From Octopus vulgaris (lineage: Eukaryota), in contig OX597833.1 in assembly GCA_951406725.2 (NCBI GenBank), positions 6,138,001 to 6,202,000 on the forward strand: a stretch of 64,000 bases of DNA, given 5' to 3'. The notes beneath the pieces were generated by a model. It did no database searches and was not told where the DNA came from. It worked only from the letters and a program-made list of their open reading frames with translations. The translations under genes were made by a program, and so were the position numbers. This document shows, in pieces, positions 26,661 to 39,164 of the stretch (positions are counted from its first letter, which is position 1; each line of letters starts with the position of its first letter).

Positions 26661-27569
26661 CTAGTATGTTACTATACTGCAATGCCTATCAACGTATGAA
26701 AGCAGAAAAACGATAGAGCTTTGTCTGTCTGTGAGTCTTATGGCTGCTGAAGTCAAACAGTATAATTGCTGCACTGATGAGGCCCAATGAGGAAGGAACG
26801 TGTGGGATAACTCTCTCTCTCTCTCTTTATCACGAACAAAACTTCACTTTTCTTTAATGGCGCATTAAGAATAATGTTTTTGTTCCTTGCCTCTAGGCTT
26901 TGTGTATTTTCACTGGAAGTGAAGGAAACTTCGATAAAGCAAGAATTTAGCTTGTCTTCGGGATATCAGTGCAGCCTGCTCCTCTTTATTTTGGTCGTAA
27001 TTTGTTGGTGGGACGAGAGCAGAAGTTTTGAAATTGTTTAGATCTGTATTTCCAGATTCTCTTGTATATTGCGTTCAGGCCATTCTGTAGATCCTCAAGG
27101 TTCCTGACCGCCTGTACTATCATCACCTGTACAGGTGGAACGAGTGGCTGACTGTCACGAGTGAGGCTAAGAATTAGAGAACCACCACCAACAGCTAGGG
27201 TCCTCTACAGTTCGGTCTACACACATATATTTCTTTACTACCCACAAGGGGCTAAACACAGAAGGGACAAACAAGGACAGACGAAGGGATTAGGTCGATT
27301 ATATCGACCCCAGTATATAACTGGTACTAAATTCATTGACCCCGAAAGGATGAAAGGCAAAGTCGACCTCGGCGGAATTTGAACTCGGAACGTAACGACA
27401 GACGAAATACGGCTACGCATTTCGCCCGGCGTGCTAACGTTTCTGCCAGCTCGCCGCCTTTACATACATGTACATACATGTACATACATAGTCGCCTGCA
27501 CACACACACACACACACACACGTACATACATACACGCATACACACACAGACACATACACACACATATGC

Positions 27570-28120
27570 TGGACTCTCCCGTCGTTAGATGACGTATCAG
27601 GGTTCGACAATTTCTTGCCGAACAACCACACAGATGATTTGTTTATAGGGATTAAATGTTTGTGTAGACATAAGCTTTTTGCGCCTACAGAATATCTCAA
27701 CGGGCATGACAGAGCAGCACAATATATTCAATGTGTAATTTTCAAAAATTTGGACCTGCCCCATGATAAAAACTGGTGTAAACACAAACCACCTCCAATG
27801 CTTGAAAATGATCACTCCTCTGGAACTTCATTCAAACTAATAGAAAGATTGATGCCAATAGGCCAGACATTCCATTGAAAGACTTCAGACAAAGAACATG
27901 CCTCCTCATTGATATGACTGTCCCAATCGATATAAACGTATCTGTCAAGACCTACCAAAAACTGAGCAAGTATAAAGATCATGAAATAGAAATTGGCAAA
28001 ATGTGGAATCTCAAGACTAAAACAATACCTTGCTGTCATAGGTACCCTAGGAATGATAGCAAAAGGGACTGATTGCTACCTAGCTCAGATATCAGGAAAC
28101 CCCAAAATGGCAAAAATTTT
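27570..28120 (+). mobile_element. R4/Dong-like RLE-domain remnant
   Basis: YLNGHD, W.KHKP..LEND, ANRPDI, CLLIDMTVPID..KLSKYKD.EIEI.KMWNLKT, frameshifted. Confidence 0.78.
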
Positions 28121-28176
28121 GCGGCTGTCCACTCAACATGCAGGAATTGAACACCTATTTCGTATATCTTAAACTA

Positions 28177-28260
28177 CCTCTGAAGAGATTCGGCTTTCAG
28201 ATAATTTTTAATTTTATTAATTAATTTTCTGAAGGTCTGGAATTGAAATAGCTGTAAAGG
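28177..28260 (+). ncRNA. Type I hammerhead motif
   Basis: CCT-CTGAAGA-GATTC GGCTTTCAGA...TCTGAAGGTC tg GAATT-GAAA-TAGCTG-TA-aAGG. Stem I is weak. Confidence 0.65.
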
Positions 28261-28443
28261 ATGTTTGTCAGTTTTTTTTAATTAATGAATAATAATTTAT
28301 TAATTACTTCTCTATTTTCTCTTCTTATTGTAATAAACAAACATATATATAAACCACGGTTTATACAGTTACCTTGCAGTTGAGTATTAACTGTAATGTT
28401 CAACATTCTTTGTATAGGTAACTAACCAGTGCTTTCATAGGAT

Positions 28444-28554
<111 letters not shown>

Positions 28555-28722
28555 ATGTATGTATGTATGTATGTATGTATGTATGTATGTATGTATGTAT
28601 GTATGTATGCACGTATGTATATATGTATATGTGTTTGTATGTATGTATGTATATGTAATGTATGAATGTATGTATGTATGTATGTATACATACACCTATT
28701 TGTGCATGTGTGTTTTGATATA

Positions 28723-29979
28723 CAGGGTCCGATGGGTAAATTGTCGCCATTTTCTAGTTTTAATTTCATGCATGTGTATTGTTTGTTTTTAATTTTGTCG
28801 ACTGCACAGTATAATAGGGTCAGTTGGGCACCGTCTGAGAGAAAAACAGCAACATGACGCAATTCACTCTGCTAGAAATTTGGAAACAACATATCGTACT
28901 GCTTGGCATTCACGCCGGAAACTCCAATACGAACATTTCAGAGTGTTTGGATGTCAATCTAAGGAGATTGCAGAAGATTCGGAAAGAGTTGGATGAGTCT
29001 AATGGTGATTACTAAGGTGCGACAGCTCGGAAATCTCACTCTGATCATTCTGATAAGAAAAGAACTCCTGAATTTGTTGGTGAGATCCAGGCTGATTGAC
29101 AAAGATCCCTCCAAGTTAGTCAGGTCCATCGCCAGGGACATGAGAGTGTCTGAGTTCCTTATGGGGTACGTAGTGCATAAAGAAATTCGGCATTCCTCAT
29201 ACAAAATGAGAAAGGGCCAATCTCTATCTCAAGCCATCAAGGACAAGGAGAAAGTCCGCCCTACGAAGCTTTTGAACAAACTCAAGCAACTCCTTCAACC
29301 GAAAATGCTTTGGCTTTTTCTTAGATGAGAAAAATTTCTGCCGGGATCAGATGGTGAACACACAAAACAACCATTGGCTTGCCGTGTCCCCAAAACATGT
29401 GCCGAGAGTGATAAAAATCAAACATCCAGTCAACATCATGGCGTTTGGAGTGATCACTAGTGATAGCAACATTATGCCTCCATTCATCTTCCCACACGAC
29501 CTCACACTCAACACAGAGGCCGACATGAAGTGCCTGGGGGAGGTAGTGCTGTCCTGGGTCAAGAGGCTGGCTGCTGGAAGACCCTATGTCTGGCAACAGG
29601 GCTCTGCACCATGCCATACAAGCAGGAGAACCCAGTCATGGCAGTCCAGTCAGACAATTTCTGCGACCACATAACCCTTAACTCCCCAGACTGCAACCCC
29701 CTTGATTATTATGTATGGGGCGCAGTTGAGTGAGGGGCTAACAAAACTCCTTGTAACACCAAAGATGAAATGAAGACAAGGTTTATGGCGGCATTCATCA
29801 ATTTAAACAAGAAGACCGTCCAGAAGAGTTGCAGGCTGTTCCGAAGTCGTCTGGAGGTCGTGGTTGAAGCCAATGGCGATATTATTGAATAAATTTACTC
29901 TTTAGTATTCCAAGATATTTTTATGAAAATTTGGTATTTTCACTTTTGCGTAATTTAGATAACAACAATTTATTCACCA

Positions 29980-29985
<6 letters not shown>
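28723..29985 (+). mobile_element. Tc1/mariner (maT-like) transposon fossil
   Basis: TA|CAGGGTCCGATGGGTAAATTGTCG start and a degenerate inverted copy at the right end. Transposase motifs DEKNF, WQQGSAPCHTS and NSPDCNPLDYYVWG, broken by frameshifts. Confidence 0.85.
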
Positions 29986-30074
<89 letters not shown>

Positions 30075-30386
30075 CTATATATATATATATATATATCAAC
30101 ACACACACATTATATATATATACATATATACATATATATTTGGCCTGCTCGCTTAGCCAGCAGGGTGGCGTCATTCGAAGGCTAAAACAATGCAAACGCA
30201 TTGTGACCAGCGATGTGTAACAACATCTGATGGTCTGGTCGGTCACGTGATCACGTGTGTGATATATGTATATATATATATATATATAAAATTGTTTACA
30301 TTCTCTGTATGTATATATTTGTATGTATGTATGTATGTACATATATATGTGTGTGTGTGTATATGCAGAGGCCATTAGCCATCGAC

Positions 30387-30437
<51 letters not shown>

Positions 30438-30917
30438 AGGTGAATGCGCTCGCACGCGTGCAAGGAATAGAAAGAGCAAGACATCTCAGGCTAGTGTTGT
30501 CTAAAATTAGGCGACCTTCCCTATAAACTCGTTTCATGCACATTTCACAGTTATTTGCAGTATGTCAATTTGTATATTTGATTCCTACCATCCTTCGAGT
30601 AACTGAAAGTGGACTGCCCCATTTGTTATAAAGGAAAGAACTGTAACCGATTGGCAGTTTGATTGGCAGTTTCTACGAATGTGTCGTAGAAACACATTCT
30701 TTTCCATCTGCGCCGTTATATTTGCAAGATGCAAGGATACAAAAATAAATGACATAATTTCGCAAACGACGGCTTAATAGCAACAAACTACCCGTGCTTA
30801 TTCAACCGTATTCGCTTTCTCATATTTCGCTTTTCTCATCATCAGGATTTTGCAATCGGTAAGTCTCTATAACTACTTCCACAATTTTTACCTTCTATAC
30901 ATGCAGTAATCAAAACC

Positions 30918-31304
30918 GGAGGCGCAATGGCCCAGTGGTTAGGGCAGCGGACTCGCGGTCGTAGGATCGCGGTTTCGATTCCCAGACCGGGCATTGTGAG
31001 TGTTTATTTAGCGAAAACACTTAAAGTTCCACGAGGCTCCGGCAGGGGGTGGTGGTGAACCCTGCTGTACTCTTTCACCACAACTTTCTCTCACTCTTAC
31101 TTCCTGTTTCTGTTGTACCTGTATTTCAAAGGGGCCGGCCTTGTCACTCTCTGTGTCACGCTGAATATCCCCGAGAACTACGTTAAGGGTACACGTGTCT
31201 GTGGAGTGCTCAGCCACTTACACGTTAATTTCACGAGCAGGCTGTTCCGTTGATCTGATCAACCGGAACCCTCGTCGTCGTAACCGACGGAGTGCTTCCA
31301 TTCC
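30918..31304 (+). mobile_element. SINE family 1
   Basis: Full length, with TSD AATCAAAACC. Confidence 0.9.
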
Positions 31305-31390
31305 AATCAAAACCAGAAGGTTTTCCAAATCAAGGGCTGTCACACACTAAATTAAGTAAATACTAAATCTACGTAAATAATTAAATGAAA

Positions 31391-31763
31391 TCGTGGCACT
31401 CCGTCGGTTACGACGACGAGGGTTCCAGTTGAACCGATCAACAGAACAGCCTGCTCGTGAAATTAACGTGTAAGTGGTTGAGCACTCCACAGTCACACGT
31501 GAATCTCGGAGAGATTCGGCGTGACACAGTGTGTGACAAGGCTGGCTCTTTGAAATACAGGTACAACAGAAACAGGAAGAAAAAGTGAGAGAAAATTGTG
31601 GTGAAAGAGTACAGCAGGGTTCACCACCACCCCCTGCCGGAACCTCGTGGAGTTTTAGGTGTTTTCGCTCAATAAACACTCACAACGCCTGGTCTAGGAA
31701 TCGAAACCGCGGTCCCACAACCACGAGTCCGCTGCCCTAACCACTGGACCATTACGCCTCCAC
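31391..31763 (-). mobile_element. SINE family 1
   Basis: Full length, with TSD AAATGAAA. Degenerate or variant copies also at ~7170-7470, 45190-45475 and 51165-51372 + 53451-53555. Confidence 0.88.
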
Positions 31764-32022
31764 AAATGAAACACTGGTAGCTGTACATTTCTATAAATGA
31801 TACAACATTATTAGTATCATACTGTGCAAGGTACTAGTTGCTCCAAGGTACTCATAAAAAAAGACTGGCGGCCGTAGGAGTGATGCGAGACGATAATGGA
31901 AAACTGGTGGAGAAAATCTCAAAAGAGGAGAATTAGGAGGGAGCTTGAAAGAAAATTAGATAAAGGGAACTACGACTAAACACTGGTAATTACACTAGAT
32001 ATATGTTTAGACATCAGTTCTG

Positions 32023-32256
32023 TGTATGTATGTATGTATGTATGTATGTATGTATGTATGTATGTATGTATGTATGTATGTATGTATGTATGTATGTATG
32101 TATGTATGTATGTATGTATGTATGTATGTATGTATGTATGTATGTATGTATGTATGTATGTATGTATGTATGTATGTATGTATGTATGTATGTATGTATG
32201 TATGTATGTATGTATGTATGTATGTATGTATGTATGTATGTATGTATGTATATATG

Positions 32257-32308
<52 letters not shown>

Positions 32309-32430
32309 CAAATATATGCATATATATATATATATATATACAAATATATGCATATATATATATATACATATATATATGTGTATATATGTATGTATATATA
32401 TATACATACACACACACACATATATATATA
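32023..32430. repeat. (TATG)n plus AT/GT microsatellite
   Basis: Direct inspection. Confidence 0.97.
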
Positions 32431-32435
32431 TTATA

Positions 32436-32868
32436 AAAATAAGCAACAAGGATATCCAGAGGTAATGGAGTACGATCGTTTCATGCGACTCCATTTAATT
32501 GAACCATGCAATCATTTCATTACTCTTTCACCACAACTTTCTCTCACTATTTCTTCCTGTTTCTTCCTGTTTCTCTTGTGTCTGTATTTCAAAGGGCTAG
32601 TATTTCATTACCTGTATTTCAAAGGGAATTACAACTATGATGTTGTTTGTAAAATATGTTCTTTATCTATCTTCTTATTCTCTTGAAGATTTTGGGTAAA
32701 ATTCTACTAATGTGTCCCTCTAATTTAATTAAATTCTATGTCTTTGTGCAGCTGAAGATTGGTCTACATTTTAAATTGATGTAATGAAATGATTGCACTG
32801 TTCAATTAAATGGAGTCGCATGAAACGATCGTACTGCATTACCTCTGGGTATCCTTGTTGCTTGTTTT
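32436..32868. repeat. 88-bp-arm inverted repeat around a hammerhead element
   Basis: Arms at 32436-32523 and 32781-32868. Confidence 0.85.
32747..32838 (+). ncRNA. Type I hammerhead motif, intact core
   Basis: TGCAG-CTGAAGA-long imperfect stem II (CATTT/AAATG, AATTGA/TCAATT, TGTAAT/ATTGCA)-GAAA-CGATCG-TA-CTGCA. Confidence 0.75.
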
Positions 32869-32951
32869 GATTTTAATCAACTTATTTTGAAATTGTATTG
32901 ATAATACCATACTAAATTCTGGTGCCTCAACTTAAGTACCATTTTTATCTG

Positions 32952-33044
<93 letters not shown>

Positions 33045-33145
33045 GTATTTCGGGAAGGTCATTTTTTTTTTGCCAAATAAACACACGCACTATATATTTG
33101 TTCTTCACTCCTCTATTACTGTTCTTATTCTAACTCATGTCCATT

Positions 33146-33190
33146 GTCCGGAAATCTTTCGTCGCACATCTGTGACCTCTTCAGCAACAC
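33146..33190 (-). ncRNA. Degenerate minimal hammerhead motif
   Basis: GTGTTG-CTGAAGA-G GTCACA ga TGTGCGAC-GAAA-GATT-TC-CGGAC. Stem I is poor. Confidence 0.45.
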
Positions 33191-33847
33191 TTTTCATCCT
33201 CGTGTGTCTTCCTGCTCTGCTTAATCCATTCCGTTCTTCTAGAGTCTGAAGTTCCTCTTCGTTAATTAATGCGGATTATTATGTCCGAAATGTCGGTTTT
33301 GTTCCTGTATTTATTACAGTTGTTTAAGTACCAATAATAGACTGGTCTATCGTGTAGCTATCAGTTTATGATAAGAATCTTACGCAAGACGCAGGCAATG
33401 GTTGTGTGGTTAAAAAGCTCGGTCTGCGACCGTAGTTTTGGGTTCGATCTCATTCCACGACACTTTGGGGAATTTTTACACGTCATTTTAATTTTTCCTT
33501 TTTATGTTTTGTTATCCCAAATTTTTAATTTACCAATGTTTTATAATTTTAAGCGTAAATTCACTGTGTTTTGTATGTAACACGGATTCTTATATATTTA
33601 TATATATTATATGATTTTTATCTATTTATATATATTATTATATTTATATTTGTCGGATTTTATATCCGTTCTGTAGATATAAATGAATATATAAATATGT
33701 GTATGTATTTGATCTTTGAGTGTGGATCTTAGTAATGTTCCTTTAGTTCCTGCTCGCGTTGCCTCCGCTCAAATTAAGAAGTGGTATATATATATATATA
33801 TATATATAAATCAATAAATGGTGGGGTTGTGTTGACCGCACGTGGAG

Positions 33848-33907
<60 letters not shown>

Positions 33908-33995
33908 CATACATATATTCATGTGTGTGTATGCAAATATAAATATAGGTATGTATATATATACATATATATATTATATACACACACACATGTAT

Positions 33996-34043
<48 letters not shown>

Positions 34044-34510
34044 CATAGACCAACGGACAGCCAGACCAACAGATCAACCTTCAGAAGATACGATACTACA
34101 TCACGTGGCTTCAATGCAAAACCTTCCCCTGTCAGACTGGTATTGCTATAAAGACAAATTTATATGTTTTCTCACGAAATAATCTAAGAAACGTTTAAGA
34201 AAACTGCCAGCTAATATAATTAGTCAATACATGTTGAGAAAAATAATGTCCATTTTGCATTTTAATACATATAGGTCAAAACAACAGGTGAATCACAAAA
34301 GACATCGCAGTTAATAAACATTTAGATAAACTATAAAACGTAGGCTTGGTTCTGTGTTTCTACAATTCCAGATTTCCTTCGACGCTTGCAGAATCGTTCT
34401 TTGCATTTCTAAGGTAATGTAAAAGTTAATATAGTTCTATATTTAAGAGATGAGGAATTACGTACATTATTTACATTTGACGGGTATTTGTCCTCATCTT
34501 GTTTGTTGTT

Positions 34511-34556
34511 AACACAACGTTTCGGCTGATATACTCTCCAGCCTTCATCAGGTGTC
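34511..34556 (-). ncRNA. Minimal type I hammerhead (Penelope-type), left arm of inverted repeat
   Basis: GACAC-CTGATGA-A-GGCTG gagagtatat CAGCC-GAAA-CG-TT-GTGTT. Confidence 0.75.
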
Positions 34557-34650
34557 TTGGGGAAATTTCGAACCTGGGTTCTCATTCCTAAGGCATTTTT
34601 CAATGTTAAAATATCTTAGGAATGAGAACTCAGATTCGAAATTTCCCCAA

Positions 34651-34696
34651 GACACCTGATGAAGGCTGGAGAGTATATCAGCCGAAACGTTGTGTT
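34651..34696 (+). ncRNA. Minimal type I hammerhead (Penelope-type), right arm of inverted repeat
   Basis: Identical to the copy at 34511-34556. Confidence 0.75.
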
Positions 34697-34952
34697 AACA
34701 ACAAACAAGATGAGGACAAATTTCCGTCAAATGTAAATAATATAAATAATGTAATGTAAAAGTTATTTATGTAATATTTATGTAAATCAGACTCTTAAGT
34801 TATTCAATATTAATTACATTCAATATTAATTACACTCTTATTCAATAGTAATTACATTCTCTTTTTTTTTTCTGTTGTATTTCGAGTGGGTCATTTTACC
34901 AATAATAACCCCCGCTTTGGTTTTATTTCACTTCTATTATTATTGCAAATTA

Positions 34953-35194
34953 TTAAGTTGGTGCATGATTACTGCGGCGTTTTTTTTTTCCAATAAATTT
35001 TATTCAAAAAAAAATTTAAACAAAACGCAATTTTAAACAAAATTCGAACTTAAACAAAATACCAAGCAGAAATTGAAGTAGATGGTGAATATGCTCCGAA
35101 ATAATCATTTAAATATGTTTTTGTTAAATGTTGTTATTGTTTTTGTTGAATGAAATTTATTGAAAAAAGCCGCAATAATTCTGCATCAACCTAA
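34953..35194. mobile_element. mariner-type MITE
   Basis: TIRs TTAAGTTGGTGCATGATTACTGCGG / CCGCAATAATTCTGCATCAACCTAA with TA flanks. Confidence 0.8.
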
Positions 35195-35199
35195 TATGT

Positions 35200-37037
35200 A
35201 AGGCGGCGAGCTGGCAGAATCGTTAGCACGCCGGGTGAAAATGCTTAGCAGTATTTTGTCTGTCTTCATCTTCTGAGTTCAAATTCCACCGAGGTCGGAT
35301 TTTCTTTTCATCGTTTGGGGATCGATGAATTGACTACCGGTGAAACACTGTGGTCGATGTAATCGATTAGTCCCCTCTCTCAAATTTTCAGGCCTAGTGC
35401 CTTTAATAGGAAGGATTATTGTTATCATAAGTTAATGTGGGGTGGGCTGGCAGAAGCGTTAACATGTTGAACAAAATACTTAGCGGTATTTCGTTGGCTG
35501 CTACGTTCTGAGTTCAAATTCCGCCGAGGTCGACTTTGCCTTTCATCCTTTCGAAGTCGATAAATTAAGGACCAGTTACGCACTGGGGTCGATGTAATCG
35601 ACTTAATCCGTTTGTATGTCCTTGTTTGTCTCCTCTGTGTTTAGCCCCTTGTGGGTAGTAAAGAAATAGGTATTTCGTCTGCTGCTACGTTCTGAGTTCA
35701 AATTCCGCCGAGGTCGACTTTGCCTTTCATCCTTTCGGGGTCGATAAATTAAGGACCAGTTACGCACTGGGGTCGATGTAATCGACTTAATCCGTTTGTC
35801 TGTCCTTGTTTGTCTCCTCTGTGTTTAGCCCCTTGTGGGTAGTAAAGAAATAGGTATTTCGTCTGCTGCTACGTTCTGAATTCAAATTCCGCCGAGGTCG
35901 ACTTTGTCTTTCATCCTTTCGGCGTTGATGAAATAAGCACCAGTTGAACATTGAGGTCGATGCAATAAAATACCCCACCACCACCACCATCAAAATTTTA
36001 GGCCTTGTTCCTATAGTCACATAATTAACCAATAACTCATCGATTGGTTGATTAATCGTTGATTCCATCAATTAATTGACCAAACAATTACTCAAACAGT
36101 CGATTAATTAATCAATGAACTAATAAAAATAAAGGAAATGCAACCAGAGCATGTGTTTTTCGTTGCCCTAATTACCCTCCCAAGATACAATATACGAATT
36201 TACATAAGAATCTTGTAAACCAATTGCAAAAACCAAAAACAAATAATAATCTTCATTTCATCAAAAAGAAAAATACCATCGAAGAAATCGATTTTACTTT
36301 TAGCTACCATTTTATTTACTCGAATATTTTACATAATATTTTAATCTATTAATACCCGATTTCAGTATTTCTTTAGAATGTGTCATAATTATTAAATGAC
36401 AATAAAGACCAGCTTTACTTGAGAAAAGGACCGAATCGTTAGAACGTGATGACAAGTAAAATGATTAGCGGCATTTCGCCAGCCATCAGGTTCTGAGTTC
36501 AAATTCCACCGAGGTTGACTTTGCCTTTCATCCTTTCGGGGTCGATAAATTAAGTACTAGTTACGCACTGGGGTCGATATAATCGACTTAAACCGTTTGT
36601 CTGTCCTCGTTTGTCCTCTCTGTGTTTAGCCCCTTGTAGGTAGTAAATAAATAGGCATTTCGACAGCCATCAGGTTCTGAGTTCAAATTCCACCGAGGTT
36701 GACTTTGCCTTGCATCCTTTCGGGGGTCGATAAAAAAAGTACCAGTCGAGGACTGGATTCGATGTAATCAACTTACCCACCGCCGCAGAAATTGCTGGCC
36801 TTGTACCAAAATCTGAAATTAATATTTCTTTAGTCTCTTAGGTAGTGTGCGTTCGTCCATAAATGGACCATTTAATTTTTTTCCTGTGTTTTTCCTTTGT
36901 TTTCTGAGTAATGTCAAACTGTAAATTTGACATGTTTACTTGACGGATTATAATTCCCCATATTCAGGTCAATGCTCTATTTTGAATAATAACTGTTTCG
37001 GCATGAGTGAATTCGTATGTGTTCGTGTGCATATATA

Positions 37038-37070
<33 letters not shown>

Positions 37071-38210
37071 TATATATATCTTTTCTTTTCTTTTTTCTTT
37101 TTACTTGTTTCAGTCATTTGACTGCGGCCATGCTGGAACACCACCTTTTAATCGAGCAACTCGACCCCGGGACTTATTCTTTTGTAAGCCCAGTACTTAT
37201 TCTATCGGTCTCTTTTGCCGAACCGCTAAGTAACGCGGACATAAACACACCAGCATCGGTTGTCAAGCAATGCTAGGGGGACAGACACAGACACACAAAC
37301 ATACACACACACACATATATATATATATACATATATACGACGGGCTTCTTTCAGTTTCCGTCTACGAAATCCACTCACAAGGCTTTGGTCGGCCCGAGGC
37401 TATAGCAGAAGACACTTGCCCAAGGTTCCACGCAGTGGGACCGAACCCGGAGCCATGTTGTTGGTAAACAAGCTACTTACCACACAGCCACTCCTGCGCC
37501 TATTAGGTTGGCTAATTAATATTTAAACAACTTTTTGTTGGAATAATAATGATTAGGCATAAACATCTGATTACCATCTATTTTAAGATGTATTAATAAG
37601 TGGCATTAATTACATGGAATAAGGTGGCGAGCTGGCAGAACCGTGAGCACGCCGGGTGAAATGCTTAGCAGTATTTCGTCTGCTGCTAAGTTCTGAGTTC
37701 AAGTTCCGCCGATGTCGACTTTGCCTTTCATCCTTTCGGGGTCGATTAAATAAGTACCAGTTCTGCACTAGGGTCGATGTAATCGACTTAATACCTTTGT
37801 CTGTCCTTGTTTGTTCCCTCTCTGTTTAGCCCCCCGTGGGCAGCAAAGAAATAGGTATTTCGTCTGCTGTTACGTTCTGAATTCAAATTCCGCCGAGGTC
37901 GACTTTGCCTTTCATCCTTTCGGGGTCGATTAAATAAGTACCAGTTCCGCACTGGGGTCGATATAGTCGACTTAATCCGTTTGTCTGTCCTTGTTTGTCC
38001 TCTCTATGTTTAGCCTTTTGTTGGTAGTAAAGAAATAGGTATTTCGTCTTTCTTTACGTTCTGAGTTCAAATGCCACCAAGGATGACTTTGCCTTCTGTC
38101 ACCCTTTCGGGGTCGACTGAATTAACTACCAGTGAAATACTAGGGTCAATATGATTGACTTACCCCTCCCCACAAATTTCAAACCTCATACCTATAGAAG
38201 AAGGGATTAA
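35200..38210 (+). mobile_element. Cluster of SINE family 2 multimers
   Basis: 35200-36015, 36435-36825 and 37621-38210, with an internal period of ~184 bp. Confidence 0.82.
37095..37502 (-). mobile_element. SINE family 3
   Basis: Full-length reverse copy. Confidence 0.88.
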
Positions 38211-39112
38211 TTACATGGAGCCTAAATATTAGAAATAATTATATTCGCTGGTAATGATATTTGCTCTCAACATCACAAAGAAATAGTCATGTGTGGCTTA
38301 GATTTATTTAACGATAATTAGTCAAAGAGATTCTCCTGCTCCAAAAGCACTCAATAACGAGACACTCTAAGCTGTAGAGAAAATTAACTTTAATTGGTGT
38401 ACATGCTATATTATGTCTCAACACACAGCAATCATGTTCAAACTTCGTTAACATGGAACAATTAGCAAAACATAGACTTTATTATGTTTCATAGACATTT
38501 GTCAGATACAAGACAGACTGAACATTTTGCTAGTTAGATGGAATATAAGTATTACTAATGATTATATGTACTGGAAATGATGGTCCATTTTCATGCCGAA
38601 TTCTACTTGGTGAAATTATTGATTACTTCTTAATTAATTAATTAATTTTACTCTTTGTTATTATATATATATATCAATATATACATACATACATACATAC
38701 ATATACACATGCAAATATATATGTATACCTGTAAAAATACTTATATATACATATATACACACATATAAATACACACATATATATACATGCATATACAGAC
38801 ATGTATATACATATACAAACATATATATATATATACACACACACACACATATACATATATACATACATATATACATATATATATACACACATATTTATTT
38901 ATTTTTTTTTTTTTTTATTTTATCTAGTTTCAGCTCACGAGCTGTGGCCATGCTGGGGCACCGCCATCTGGTGTTGCTACAAGGTTTTACTTCACGAATG
39001 CTTTTTAGCAACTGCCATTTGGTGCTTGAGAGAGTTCGATGCAGCTGCCCCCATCTGCACCTAAAATATATATATTTTATTGGCTAAACTGGCAAAATAA
39101 CCATTCCGAAAT

Positions 39113-39158
<46 letters not shown>

Positions 39159-39164
<6 letters not shown>

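Larger units (their letters stand above)
34466..34741. repeat. 127-bp-arm inverted repeat of a PLE-type 3' end
   Basis: Arms at 34466-34592 and 34615-34741 with a 22-bp spacer and few mismatches. Confidence 0.9.

Noticed and set aside
26771-26806. CTGATGA motifs (also at 16906, 23929, 51593)
   Set aside because: No stem II plus GAAA plus stem I arrangement, so these are expected chance 7-mers.
30918-30992. tRNA-like cloverleaf
   Set aside because: Head of a TSD-flanked SINE, not an independent tRNA gene.
35440-38210. Regularly spaced repeats resembling a CRISPR array
   Set aside because: Whole ~184-bp units repeat with no unique spacers. The context is eukaryotic SINE multimers and there are no cas genes.
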